The position numbers were made by a program, and so were the translations under genes. The notes under the pieces were generated by a model. That model searched no databases. It was given only the letters and a program-made list of their open reading frames with translations, and was not told where the DNA came from. A DNA stretch of 62,932 nt, filler included, from Octopus bimaculoides (lineage: Eukaryota), in NCBI RefSeq assembly GCF_001194135.2. It is 4 parts of 3 records of this genome, joined end to end, with 100 filler letters (N's around TTAATTAATTAA, not from the genome) between each part and the next. Parts side by side here need not be neighbours in the genome. Positions count along the whole stretch, not along the records: positions 1 to 27,463 come from NC_068981.1; 3 more parts are not named here. The stretch is one strand, 5' to 3'. Numbering within the stretch: the first letter of the stretch is position 1; each line of letters starts with the position of its first letter. Of this stretch, positions 10,237 to 21,340 are shown piece after piece.

Positions 10237-11004
10237 AATTCTTATCCCGTGTTCTCACTAACCTAACTTTAAATTCCTGAAAATATTCACTGAAATAAAA
10301 ATTGTTTACATGTTTATATCAGTAATGACGGAGTGCCTATATGTAAATATGAAAATAGATATTGTTATTTTGCCGGTGGTTTTTTCAAGTTTTGGTTTTA
10401 TAATTCTTGTCATTTGTCAATGTAAGAGTATTTTGGGCGGAGTGGGGGTGTGGAAAAAATGATATAGTTCCAGAGAAAATGTTTTCCAGAATTGGATTAG
10501 TTACTCTACGTTTACAGCTGGAATCCACCCGGAATTGATATTGTCTATCTGACGTGACTGCTATTTTGCCGACTCTGAAAGAATCAAATGCTTTAAGAGT
10601 CACTGAAAAAAAATCCCATATATGTTCTGGGTTAAATTCTGACGAGTATGCTATTCCTCCGCACATTTGTAGTACTGTTCTTACGTAAGAATAATTACCT
10701 GGTTTGAAATCGACATTGAAATGACTTGGCATCACTGGAACATATTGCTTCACCGAGTGGGATCAAATACAGGACAACAAATCTTGTCGTAAATGCTGAT
10801 AACAATAAAGGAACTTCTAAAGATCCTTTAGTGTCATCTAGGTAGAAATAAACACCTAACGGCATTTAGTTTCATGTCTGAGCGATTTGAGATCGAATCC
10901 CTCCAGGGCTGAGAGTCAACTGACTTTTACCTTTTATTAATAAAAATGATTACTTTGTCTGATGTGTTACAATAATTACCGAGACAGTTTACGCTATCCT
11001 GTAT

Positions 11005-11128
11005 CTTGAAGACCGATACAATAAGTACTGGGCTTACAAAGAATAAGTCCTGGGGTCGATTTGCTCGACTAAAGGCGGTGTTCCAGCATGGCCACAGTCA
11101 CATGACTGAAACAAATAAAAGAATTTAA
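11005..11128 (+). mobile_element. Family-B SINE tail
   Basis: AATAAGTACTGGGCTTACAAAGAATAAGTCCTGGGGTCGATTTGCTCGACTAAAGGCGGTG...AAAAGAAT. Confidence 0.88.
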
Positions 11129-11528
11129 AAAAAGAATAGAATATATATATATNNNNNNNNNNNNNNNNNNNNNNNNNNNNNNNNNNNNNNNNNNNNNNNN
11201 NNNNNNNNNNNNNNNNNNNNNNNNNNNNNNNNNNNNNNNNNNNNNNNNNNNNNNNNNNNNNNNNNNNNNNNNNNNNNNNNNNNNNNNNNNNNNNNNNNNN
11301 NNNNNNNNNNNNNNNNNNNNNNNNNNNNNNNNNNNNNNNNNNNNNNNNNNNNNNNNNNNNNNNNNNNNNNNNNNNNNNNNNNNNNNNNNNNNNNNNNNNN
11401 NNNNNNNNNNNNNNNNNNNNNNNNNNNNNNNNNNNNNNNNNNNNNNNNNNNNNNNNNNNNNNNNNNNNNNNNNNNNNNNNNNNNNNNNNNNNNNNNNNNN
11501 NNNNNNNNNNNNNNNNNNNNNNNNNNNT

Positions 11529-11627
11529 TTAGGTGTTTTCGCTCAATAAACACTCACAACGCCCGGCCTGGGAATCGAAACCGCGATCCTATGACCGCGA
11601 GTCCGCTGCCCTAACAACTGTGTGCCT

Positions 11628-11628
<1 letters not shown>
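11529..11628 (-). mobile_element. Family-C tRNA-derived SINE head (tRNA-Arg-like)
   Basis: Minus strand GTTAGGGCAGCGGACTCGCGGTCATAGGATCGCGGTTTCGATTCCCAGGCCGGG is tRNA-like with a B box, followed by GTTGTGAGTGTTTATTGAGCGAAAACACCT. It lacks a complete cloverleaf, so it is not a tRNA gene. Confidence 0.75.
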
Positions 11629-11686
<58 letters not shown>

Positions 11687-11705
11687 CACATATATATATA
11701 CACAC

Positions 11706-11751
<46 letters not shown>

Positions 11752-11923
11752 GTTTCTAAAGCGATTAAAGGCGCTAGTTAGCACCAGTATTGCTAGAAAT
11801 AAGAGTCAAAACAACTCAATAGCCACGATAAGCACTATCTTAATGACTCACAAGAGAGGTGGCCTCCCTCAGCACCGGGCATAGCCAGATTACCAATGAT
11901 TTCGCATTTACATTAATGCTCTT

Positions 11924-11954
<31 letters not shown>

Positions 11955-11957
11955 GAT

Positions 11958-12235
11958 AGAAAAACGCTTCAAGGATACACTCAAAGTCTCACTGAAGAGC
12001 TATGAGATCAACCCCGACACCTGTCGGAAACGCAAGCGCAAGACCGCCCTGCCGGGCAAAGCTACTCATGCCATCTCCTACGAACAGAACAAGATTGCAA
12101 GGGCACAAAGGAAACCAAACTGCGCAATCCAGAGCTAACTCCACGCCTATCGGATTGATCGGTCACAGCCGGATACACCGTGTTCCGTCTTCTCCCATGT
12201 GATGACCTTTGTCGTGGTCGACAACAACTGTCGGA

Positions 12236-12237
<2 letters not shown>
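11958..12237 (+). mobile_element. RTE-BovB-like LINE 3'-terminal fragment
   Basis: KRFKDTLKVSLKSYEINPDT...YEQNKIARAQRK...IGLIGHSRIH matches the RTE C-terminus (KRYKDTLK.SLK...IGL.SH.R.H). Followed by a short 3' UTR and (TA)n. Confidence 0.8.

Positions 12238-12303
<66 letters not shown>
12238..12303. repeat. (TA)n microsatellite
   Basis: Pure TA run. Confidence 0.97.
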
Positions 12304-12307
<4 letters not shown>

Positions 12308-12710
12308 CATGCAAACACATATGTGCATATGCGTTTGCATGTAGTAGTTGCAGTAGCAGTAGTATCTCAGGTCTCTCGAACATCATTAAATACCCCAACT
12401 TCAGAGCATTTTAGCGATTATTATTTAATTCAAGAAATTAAGTCTTTTTCATGATATCCATCAAAGAGCAAGAATAGATGCCAGAGCTATCCAGGATCTC
12501 CCAAGCATCACATTAACCATAGTCTCAATCCTTTCTCTCAAGACCGTTAACCCTCTGAAATCCCTCCTCTCGCCGACATCGTTTCCTTTATAAGATCGAT
12601 ATTCAAACTGAATGTCCTCCGTATCAATGTCACCATTTTCAGGAAGATCATGAACACTGTTCTTTCCTCCTGACTAAAGCATTAACAAAAAACCTATGTT
12701 CATTCATATA

Positions 12711-13860
12711 TGTTTCTTCTTGTTTCTTGGCATCGCTTCGCTGACGAAGATTAGAAAGGCTGTTGTCCACATCATCTGCACGCTCGTTCGTGGCTGATAA
12801 GGCAGATGTGGGATCGACATATCCGGTTTCAGTGACGACAGGGGTATGGTTGTCCAGGGTCTGATGATATAGCTGCATTATTCTTTTCGCCTTTGAGGTT
12901 TGTCTTCAAGAGAGGAACTGCGAGAGATCTCAAAGGAAGAAATAGCATCGCTGATGGTATGGCGCCGAGCGACGCAGTCAGCTGTCAGACTAGACCACTC
13001 ACGATAATCAATGTCACGAATGCTAAGGAACTGCTTCAGGCAGTCCTTGTAACGCTTCCTTGGTGCTCCCCTCTTGCGGTGGCCAGTAGTGAGCTCGCCG
13101 TACATCCTGCCAACGTGCCCTACCCAACGCTGTCGTGTCTCAAGTAAAATAGCTTCCAAGCTGGTGACCTTTGCTCGCTCGAAGACTTCAGTGTTGATGA
13201 TGTAGTCGCTTCAGTAAATGTTGAGGATGGTACGGAAGCAGCGTTGGTGAAAACGTTCAAGGAGTTTGAGATGATAGAAGTAGGGGACCCAGGACGCAGA
13301 GCCATATAGGAGCGTCGTAAGAACGGAAGCCCTGTAGACGCTGACTTTTGTGCTGATCTTAAGATGCTTGTTGTTCCACATACGCTTGTACAGTCTACCA
13401 AATGCATTGTTTGTTTTGCGAGTCTGCTGTCAATTTCTTTGTTGATACTCGCATCTGATGAGATGGTGCATCCAAGATAAGTGGACTGCTGTACTGACTT
13501 CAGTTCTGTTTCGGCAATGGTGATGTGGGGCGGGCTGTACTCTTCCTGGGGACTTCAGTCTTTTTGGTGTAGGACTCCAGTCTTTTTCAAGCTTACTTCC
13601 AGCCCGAAGAGCTGGGCGGCCTCTGCATAACAGGATGTAATATACTGCAGAGCTCTTTCTGTGTGCGCGACAAGTGTAGCATCATCTGCAAAGAAGAGGT
13701 CCTGAATCAGTTGCTCTTGGATCTTGGTGTATGCTTGTAGGCGCCGGAGGTTGAAAAGATTGCCATCCAGACGGCACCTGATGTAGACGCTGTCGCGTCG
13801 AGGTTTGCAGTGGCCAGCTTGAGCATCTTGCTGACGAAGATGCTGAAGAGAGTTGGCGCG
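12711..13860 (-). mobile_element. RTE-BovB-like LINE, 5'-truncated: RT domain C-terminal half to 3' tail
   Basis: Minus strand: DSVYIRCRLDGNLFNLRRLQAYTKIQEQLIQDLFFADDATLVAHTE...FGLEVSLKKT, YLGCTIS, STKVSVYRA, RWVGHV..M, RKRGAPRKRYKDCLK, CRSHICLISHERAC*. The 3' UTR ends in CAAGAA-type repeats. Several frameshifts. Confidence 0.95.
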
Positions 13861-14479
13861 AGGACAAATTCATATTAATTTCATTTATATTGACAGTCAT
13901 AACTTTTCTACAAGAACAAATAAAATAGCTATGATTGGAAACTCATATTCGTTCGTATCATCGGTTAAGATTGTGCTCAGTCGATATCCGTTCTGGCTGT
14001 TTGCATCCTGACAGAAACAGCTTCGACCACTCAAGTGCTAAGCTGTGTCACCTTCGAGTGCCAGCATTCCTTTGGACAACATTATTGGCACGGGGAAGAG
14101 ACACTTGCATGCACAAGCAGCTGTTACAAAAAAAAAAAAAAAGAAACGAAAAATTATCAGCACCTGTGTACACAGGTGCTGATGCTTATTGTGTTTTGGC
14201 CGAACCAGTGGAGGTCCTAGAATAGTGCTTATCACTTACACAAAAAACACTTGCCGTGAGAAAATATTGTATCTGACTGCTACTAGTGCAAGATCATTGG
14301 AGTGTGTATACTAAGCTGTAAATAAAGTTATAGACACTTATCACTTCTATAGCATATAAGTGTTCTTATTAACTGCCTATTTGTAACAAGGAGACCTGGA
14401 GCTATTGATTGTTAAGTGTTTTTCTCGGCCACTCAGTGCAGCTTCGGGGAAGTGAGCTGCGACTCCAGGTACACAAATG

Positions 14480-14686
14480 TGTGTATGTGTGTACGCGTGC
14501 GCTCATGCATGTGCGTGTGTGCATGTGTGTGTCTGTGTGTGCATACACGTGTCTATGTATGTATGTGTGTGTGTATGTGCGTGTACGTTACCTATACACG
14601 CATGATGTATGGGTGTATGTTTCAATGTATGTATTCGTGTTGTGTTAGAACGAGAGAGCTATATGAGAAAAAGTACCAAGCGTGAA

Positions 14687-14767
<81 letters not shown>

Positions 14768-14820
14768 TGCGTGTGTGCACGTGTGCGTGCATGTGTGTGT
14801 ATGTGTGTATGTATTTGTGC
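14480..14820. repeat. Compound (TG)n/(GA)n microsatellite region
   Basis: Degenerate TG tracts around a long GA run at about 14690-14765. Confidence 0.9.
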
Positions 14821-15084
14821 AGTGGTCGGAGCGGTGGTGGGTAATATTTAATATACCTGTGTTAACAGAGGATCTGACTATTCCAATATAAAACCCACAG
14901 GTTATTACAAAACAAAACAAAAGCAAAAGAAAGCAAAACCACCCCAAACAGTTTAAAGGCTATGAAATTATTTAATTAACTTACTGAAAAGGATTTTGGT
15001 TTTTCAGAAAACTCCTCTGCTTCGCTACAGTAATTACAACAATTGCATAGAAGAGAAGGCATTATATCGGTCACGAAATGAAAC

Positions 15085-15107
15085 AGACGACAACAACAAC
15101 AACAACG

Positions 15108-15172
<65 letters not shown>

Positions 15173-15526
15173 GTTATTATTATTATTTTTATAAAAATAG
15201 AAGAATTTGCGCTGGAATCTAACGCCCAAACGTCTGCTCTGCCTAAATTACATTATAAATTATGAGTGTGCCAATTACTACAATTACAAAACTGTAACAA
15301 TTAGCACCGTTACTTTACAGTTACAACGATTAATAAAGAAAAAAGCTCAAGCATCATCATCATCATCATCATTGTCGTCATCGTCGTACTCGTCATCGTC
15401 ATCGTCGTCATCATCATCATCGTCATCGTCATCATTCATCGTCATAGTCATCATTCATCATCATTGTCATCACTATCATCGTCATGAGCATCATCATCAT
15501 CGGCATCGTCGTCGTCACCGTCGTCG

Positions 15527-15558
<32 letters not shown>

Positions 15559-15635
15559 TTCCTCCTCCTCCTCCTCCTCCTCCTCCTCCTCCTCATCATC
15601 ATCATCATCATCATTGCTGTGGTTGTTGTTTTTGA
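15085..15635. repeat. Mosaic trinucleotide tracts (CAA, TAC, TTA, TCA, TCG, CCT)
   Basis: Directly visible. They generate the poly-T/S/H/R/P pseudo-ORFs in the track. Confidence 0.95.
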
Positions 15636-15636
15636 T

Positions 15637-15745
15637 GGTAGAAACGTTAGCAGGCCGGGCAAAATGCTTAGCGGCATTTCGTCTTCTAGTTCAAAGTTCA
15701 AATTCCGTCGAGGTCGACTTTGCCTCTCATCCTTGATGAAATGCG
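15637..15745 (+). mobile_element. Family-A SINE (partial)
   Basis: GGTAGAAACGTTAGCAGGCCGGGCAAAATGCTTAGCGGC...GTCGACTTTGCC. Confidence 0.85.
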
Positions 15746-16039
15746 TACCTGTCATTTTTCAGACACAGTGTATGTAGGACAGCATTAACCAGTGTGTGTG
15801 TCCCCTTTTTGATTTTCATAACTGCAGGATGTGATTTAAGGGAGCTTGGCTACTGTTTTTAACAAGTCAATTATATATGGATTGGCAGAGGAATCTGTAG
15901 AGTGTTGGAGAAAATGCATGAGTATTTAATCCCACCGAAGTCATCTTTGTTTTCCGTGGTTGATAAAATAAAGTACTAGGGTCGATATAATCGATTGGTT
16001 CCCACCCCAACTAATTACTCCCTATGTTAGAAGTTATTA

Positions 16040-16235
16040 TTGTAGTAATAGTGAAGGCGACGAGCCGGAAAATTGTTTAGTAGCAATTATTTCCGGTTCA
16101 GAGTTCAAATACCGATGTGGTCGACATTGCCTTTCATCCTATCGGGATCGATAAAATAAATACCAGCTGAGCACTGGAGTTGATCTAAGTGTGTAGTCCC
16201 CTTCCTCCAAAATTTCAGGTCTTCTACCTACAGGA
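16040..16235 (+). mobile_element. Family-A SINE (diverged)
   Basis: AAGGCGACGAGCCGG...GAGTTCAAAT...GGTCGACATTGCCTTTCATCC...CCTCCAAAATTTCAGGTCTT. Confidence 0.75.
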
Positions 16236-16329
16236 AAATGGCTTGTTGTTGTTGTTGTTATTTTATATGGCGAGATGGTAGAAAATTTTCCAGTTTTCTT
16301 TTTTTATAAAAGCAGGATAAAAAACACAA

Positions 16330-18700
16330 ATAAAGCTATGTTTATTCCTTCTTGTTCCAGAACAATAAGTGTTATTTCCTCATTGCATATGCCTGAAATG
16401 TTTTGGAAATAGCTTTTATTCTATTTAAACCCTGCTTTTGTAATCTTGGCAATGGTACTTCAAAAGTATCCTGTTTTGTAGAACATTCTAGATAGATTCA
16501 GTGATGAGTGATTGTAAATTTTATTGGAATTTCAAGATTTTTTCCAAGAACTTGCTAGACTTTACTGAAACTTTCCAGTAATAGAAATAGTAATAAAAAT
16601 ACCATGTCTCAAAGCTCATCACTGCAATTCTGGTTGTATATGTAGATAGGTATCCATATATCTACTAGAGATGGTGTCAAAACGCTGCAAGCATCTGTAG
16701 ACGCATTTTGCCATGTCTGGGACTAATTTATCAAGACAAAAGCCAAAATATACACTGTGCAAGAATCTGATGAACTATATAAGGCTCTCCGCGCATATTT
16801 CTGCATGTTTGACCTTGGGTCAAGACAAACGCTGGACACCTAATTTCACATGTAAGCTTTCCCAAAACTATAGAAGTTAAGATGTAAAATTTCCAATGTG
16901 ATAAAAAAATATATTAAATAAGAAATATATGAAAAATATTTTACACATCAGTCGTAGTTAAAATAATTTTACTTTTTCTTAAAAAGAATTGCATATTGTT
17001 CGTTTGCAGGATGGTACATATAAGAAAACAAAAACAACGCAGTCCATCATCCCAAGATAATGATGAAAACTTACTGACCTCGCAACCAATTATCACCTGT
17101 ACTTAATGGGCCCTTCCAAATGTCAGGTTGGCAACAATTCATTCGCTATCATGTATCCGTACCTACCATTATACATCGCTCTGTCACTCACTGCCCTGAA
17201 CTACCCGTACCCATTCTGCCAGAGAGAGAGGAGGGAAGAAGAGAGATGGGGGAATGAAAATGAAGGGATGAAGAGAGAGGGGAGGGAGGGAGAGGGAGAG
17301 GGAGAGCCGTTTTTAGAAGAGAGCACCAAGTCAGAAGACGTTTAAAATACGGATTGCAATTTCAGGGATGCTGGTAAGGAGAGAATGAGCAGAGAAAAAG
17401 TGTGCGATTTACATGCTACAGTAATAGGGTCTTGGATTTTTCAAGGTTCTTCAGCCGTCAAATTGGGCTCTGCTTTTTTACAAGCTGTGATCACTGTGTT
17501 CGAGGCAAACAGAATCACCTGTAACTCAAATGAACGGCACCTCTTCATTGCCAGCTCGTCCAGTATTCTCAAAGCGGTATTGCTCCATAATGGAAAGATG
17601 TTTCCTTCTCTCCCTCTGGTTTATTTCATGCACCTCAAAGAAAAATACATCAGCATCAAGAATTTTGTTAGATGTCTTCAATGTGTATGATGAATAAGGT
17701 GTGACGTTTATCGGAGACTCCAAAATAGTGGCATTCTTGATAAAGTTACCAAGGTGACTTTACCAAGTTTCCCTGCTATCTTTCCCTATGGGGCAGCAGG
17801 GACACTGCTGCACACTAACACAAGTGGGGAAGGACTCAAATGCGAGTTCTCCAGAGTCAAGTGTGAGATACTGGGAGAGCTTTGGAAGGTGTTATTCCCA
17901 CCATTGGACTTTATGAAACAATTTGTCCCGGCTCTTGATAAGGAGTGTTCCGTGTTTAAGTACCTTCAAGAATTCTTCCCTGTGGTGTCTATAGCAAAGA
18001 CGAAAGCAGATGTGTTTGTCGGACAACAAAAGATTTAGGAATGCACGAAATCCTCTATGATACTCAGTAGGAAGCAGAAAAAGCAGCTTGGAACAATTTT
18101 GCCTCAGTTATTCGGATTTTCCCTTACTCACAAGGCAGAAAAATATGTGGAGCTGGTTGCGAAAGATGAAGAACTGAAGTAAAATGAACTGATGAAAGAC
18201 TAAAGTGAAGTGAACTACAGAATGTCCCTGAAAATTCATATCTTTAATGTTTATCTTGATAAATTCAAGGAAAAAAAACTAGGCGCATACTCAGGAAATT
18301 CAGTATATCCCGGTGCTTTTACCAGAGTATATACACCGGCCTTTGAACGGCTGATTCCAAGAAAAGTATAACGAAAACCCGATCGGAGACTACATTTGGT
18401 GACTCACATACGAAAATGAGTTACATTACAGTTGAAAATCGCAAAAAACTATTCGTTTGTAAACTTCTCTGTTCTAAATATAAAAGTACGTTAAATTTGA
18501 TTCATATCTTATTAATTTTCTTTCTAACCTTATACGAATTAAAATGTGCGTATTCTCTTGTTTTCCCATCGGTAATAAGTACATATAATTAGCCAAGTTA
18601 CAAAAGCGAAATTTGAAGGTGATAATGGCCATTTTCTTGACTTTAGCAATTAGCAAATGACACCGAATAACTAGCAATAAAAATTGTGCTACAAAGTCTA
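16330..18700 (+). mobile_element. Decayed, internally deleted DNA transposon with Chapaev3-like (CMC) transposase
   Basis: ATG at 16671 gives MVSKRCKH..DAFCHVW..FIKTKAKIYTV..AYFCM..QDKRWTPNFTCK (Cys/His-rich N-terminus). 17440-18430 gives RITCNSNE..LFIASS..LKAVLLHNG, GDSKIVAFL..FTKFPCYL.LWGSRDT, FMKQFVPALDKE..FKYLQEFFP, VFVG, EKAAWNNF, MSLKIHIF, GDYIW. Many stops and frameshifts. The superfamily name is from recall of Chapaev3 proteins. Confidence 0.78.
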
Positions 18701-18959
18701 ATTAAACCCGAAAAGTAAATGTTATTAAATGTATCGGAAAATGTTATTTGCAAAAAACAAGCAAACTAATTGTTTGCTGGTTGGTTTAAAACAAGGATTT
18801 TTTTTCCAGTTCACTACATGTTCCACTCTGATTTATAGGGTGGTTAATCGAGGTCTGTGATTGAGCAGACAAATGATCGAAGGCGTTTCAGCTATGACCA
18901 TTCTGTTTATTTGTATATTAGAAACTATTCTCCATTGTGATTTAAGCGAACACATAGTG

Positions 18960-19185
18960 GAGTGGTTATTCTTTTATTCTTTTACTAGTTTCAGTCATTT
19001 GACAGTGGCTATGCTGGAGCACCGCATTGAAGGGTTTTAGTTGAATAAATCTACTCCAGAGCTTATTTCTTAAGCTTAGTACTTACTCTGTCGGTGTATT
19101 TTACCGAACTGATAAGTTACGGGGTAGTAAACACACCAACACCGATTGTTAAGCGGTGATAGAGGGACAAACATAGACACAAAGA
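18960..19185 (-). mobile_element. Family-B SINE tail
   Basis: TTTTACTAGTTTCAGTCATTTGAC..GCTGGAGCACCGC...AAGTTACGGGG..AAACACACCAAC, the reverse of the B tail. Confidence 0.82.
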
Positions 19186-19235
19186 CACACACACACACAC
19201 ACATAGAAATATACATATACACAAAGACACACACT

Positions 19236-19330
<95 letters not shown>

Positions 19331-19335
19331 CGGCA

Positions 19336-19911
19336 GTAAATATTCAGAAATGAATATTTATATAGATACTCTTATTGTTATTATTATCTGCGGTAGTATA
19401 AGTAGTTGATAATAACAACAAGAATGATATAGGTGGTTGCAGGCCTTAAATAACATTTAGATAGCTATAGAGGGGTTAAAACCCTCATTTGAACCACCAA
19501 TAACACTGAAATACTGAAAAATACGACAGAAAATCAACAGTAGTCGGTCGAACGGTTTAAAGAACTTTAAACATACCTCTATAGCCCAATGCTATATATT
19601 TTAGTATTTGAATATATTTGGATCATGATTTCTTGTTCTGGTGAAATGCCTTACCTTCATCGGCAAGTCTTACAGATTGAAAAAGCGTTTTGTCAATTCG
19701 TCACGTAGAAGTCTGCCGGCGTTTTGAATTGTTTTCCGCCAAAATCAGAACAGCTTCAGTGTAAATATACTAATAAAGAGTAAATATTCAGAAGTGAATA
19801 TTTATATAGATATTATTATTGTTATTATCTCCGGTAATATAAATAGTTGATGATAACAACAACACTAATACAGGTGGTTTCAGGCCTTAAATAGCATTAG
19901 ACAGCTATAGA
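19336..19911. repeat. Diverged direct repeat of about 135 bp (19336-19471 and 19780-19911) around a unique spacer
   Basis: Both copies run GTAAATATTCAGAA.TGAATATTTATATAGATA...GGTGGTT.CAGGCCTTAAATA.CATT.AGA.AGCTATAGA. Confidence 0.88.
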
Positions 19912-19965
19912 ATTAAAATTTATAATCTATCTGTTTATCTACCTACCTATGTATGTATCTATCTA

Positions 19966-20004
<39 letters not shown>

Positions 20005-20006
<2 letters not shown>

Positions 20007-20158
20007 CGGGCTTCTTTCAGTTTCCATCTACCAAATCCACTCACAGGGCTTTGGTCAACCTGAGGCTGTAGTAGAAGACACTTGCTCAAGGTTCCACACA
20101 GTGGGACTGAACCCGGAACCATGTGGTTGAGCAGCAAAGCTTCTTACCACACAGCTAC
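20005..20158 (-). mobile_element. Family-B SINE head/body
   Basis: GACGGGCTTCTTTCAGTTTCCATCTACC...GGGACTGAACCCGGAACCATGTGG...CTTACCACACAGC. Confidence 0.9.
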
Positions 20159-20208
20159 GCTTGCCCAAACATTTTTTAAAACACACGCCATACTTTAAAT
20201 CAAATAAA

Positions 20209-20538
20209 ATGTGGTTGCTTCCCAATTACATGGTTCCAGGTTCAGTCTCACTTGCACCTTGTGCAAATGTCTTCTACTATAGCCACGGACCGACCAGAGC
20301 CTTGTGAGCGGATTTGGTAGACGGAAACTGAAAGAAGGCCGTCTTATATACATACATATATGTATATATCTATGTGTGTGTGTCTTTGCGTCTGTGTCTG
20401 TCCCCAATAACTGCTTGCCAACCAGTGTTGGTGTGTTTACGTCCCTGTAACAGTTGTTCGGCTAAAGGAGCTGATACTAAGCTTTAAGAAATTCCTGCGG
20501 TCGATTTGTTCGACTTAAACCCTTTAAGGCGGTGCTCC
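20209..20538 (+). mobile_element. Family-B SINE, divergent from the previous copy
   Basis: Same motifs on the plus strand. The tail breaks off at GGCGGTGCTCC. Confidence 0.88.
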
Positions 20539-20651
20539 GCTCGAAACGTAAAAGACTTTCTCACTTCCCGAGCATTAAACTAATACATCTGTTTGTTGTT
20601 TACACACCCGTCTTCGTCTTTTGTTGTTTTGTAAATTCTCACTATATATAT
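20539..20651 (+). mobile_element. PLE-like terminal-repeat fragment starting with the 3' half of a hammerhead
   Basis: GCTC-GAAACGTA-AAAGAC (GAAA, ACGU palindrome, GUA triplet) followed by an AT-rich tail. The CUGANGA half is absent. Confidence 0.5.
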
Positions 20652-21289
20652 NNNNNNNNNNNNNNNNNNNNNNNNNNNNNNNNNNNNNNNNNNNNNNNNN
20701 NNNNNNNNNNNNNNNNNNNNNNNNNNNNNNNNNNNNNNNNNNNNNNNNNNNNNNNNNNNNNNNNNNNNNNNNNNNNNNNNNNNNNNNNNNNNNNNNNNNN
20801 NNNNNNNNNNNNNNNNNNNNNNNNNNNNNNNNNNNNNNNNNNNNNNNNNNNNNNNNNNNNNNNNNNNNNNNNNNNNNNNNNNNNNNNNNNNNNNNNNNNN
20901 NNNNNNNNNNNNNNNNNNNNNNNNNNNNNNNNNNNNNNNNNNNNNNNNNNNNNNNNNNNNNNNNNNNNNNNNNNNNNNNNNNNNNNNNNNNNNNNNNNNN
21001 NNNNNNNNNNNNNNNNNNNNNNNNNNNNNNNNNNNNNNNNNNNNNNNNNNNNNNNNNNNNNNNNNNNNNNNNNNNNNNNNNNNNNNNNNNNNNNNNNNNN
21101 NNNNNNNNNNNNNNNNNNNNNNNNNNNNNNNNNNNNNNNNNNNNNNNNNNNNNNNNNNNNNNNNNNNNNNNNNNNNNNNNNNNNNNNNNNNNNNNNNNNN
21201 NNNNNNNNNNNNNNNNNNNNNNNNNNNNNNNNNNNNNNNNNNNNNNNNNNNNNNNNNNNNNNNNNNNNNNNNNNNNNNNNNNNNNNNNN

Positions 21290-21340
<51 letters not shown>

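Noticed and set aside
10645-10695. CUGACGAG plus a nearby 14-bp palindrome TTCTTACGTAAGAA
   Set aside because: No GAAA core and no stem I.
11529-11628. tRNA genes at the SINE heads (also 35598 and 59600-59685)
   Set aside because: Only A/B-box-like halves without full cloverleaf pairing, continuing into SINE bodies.
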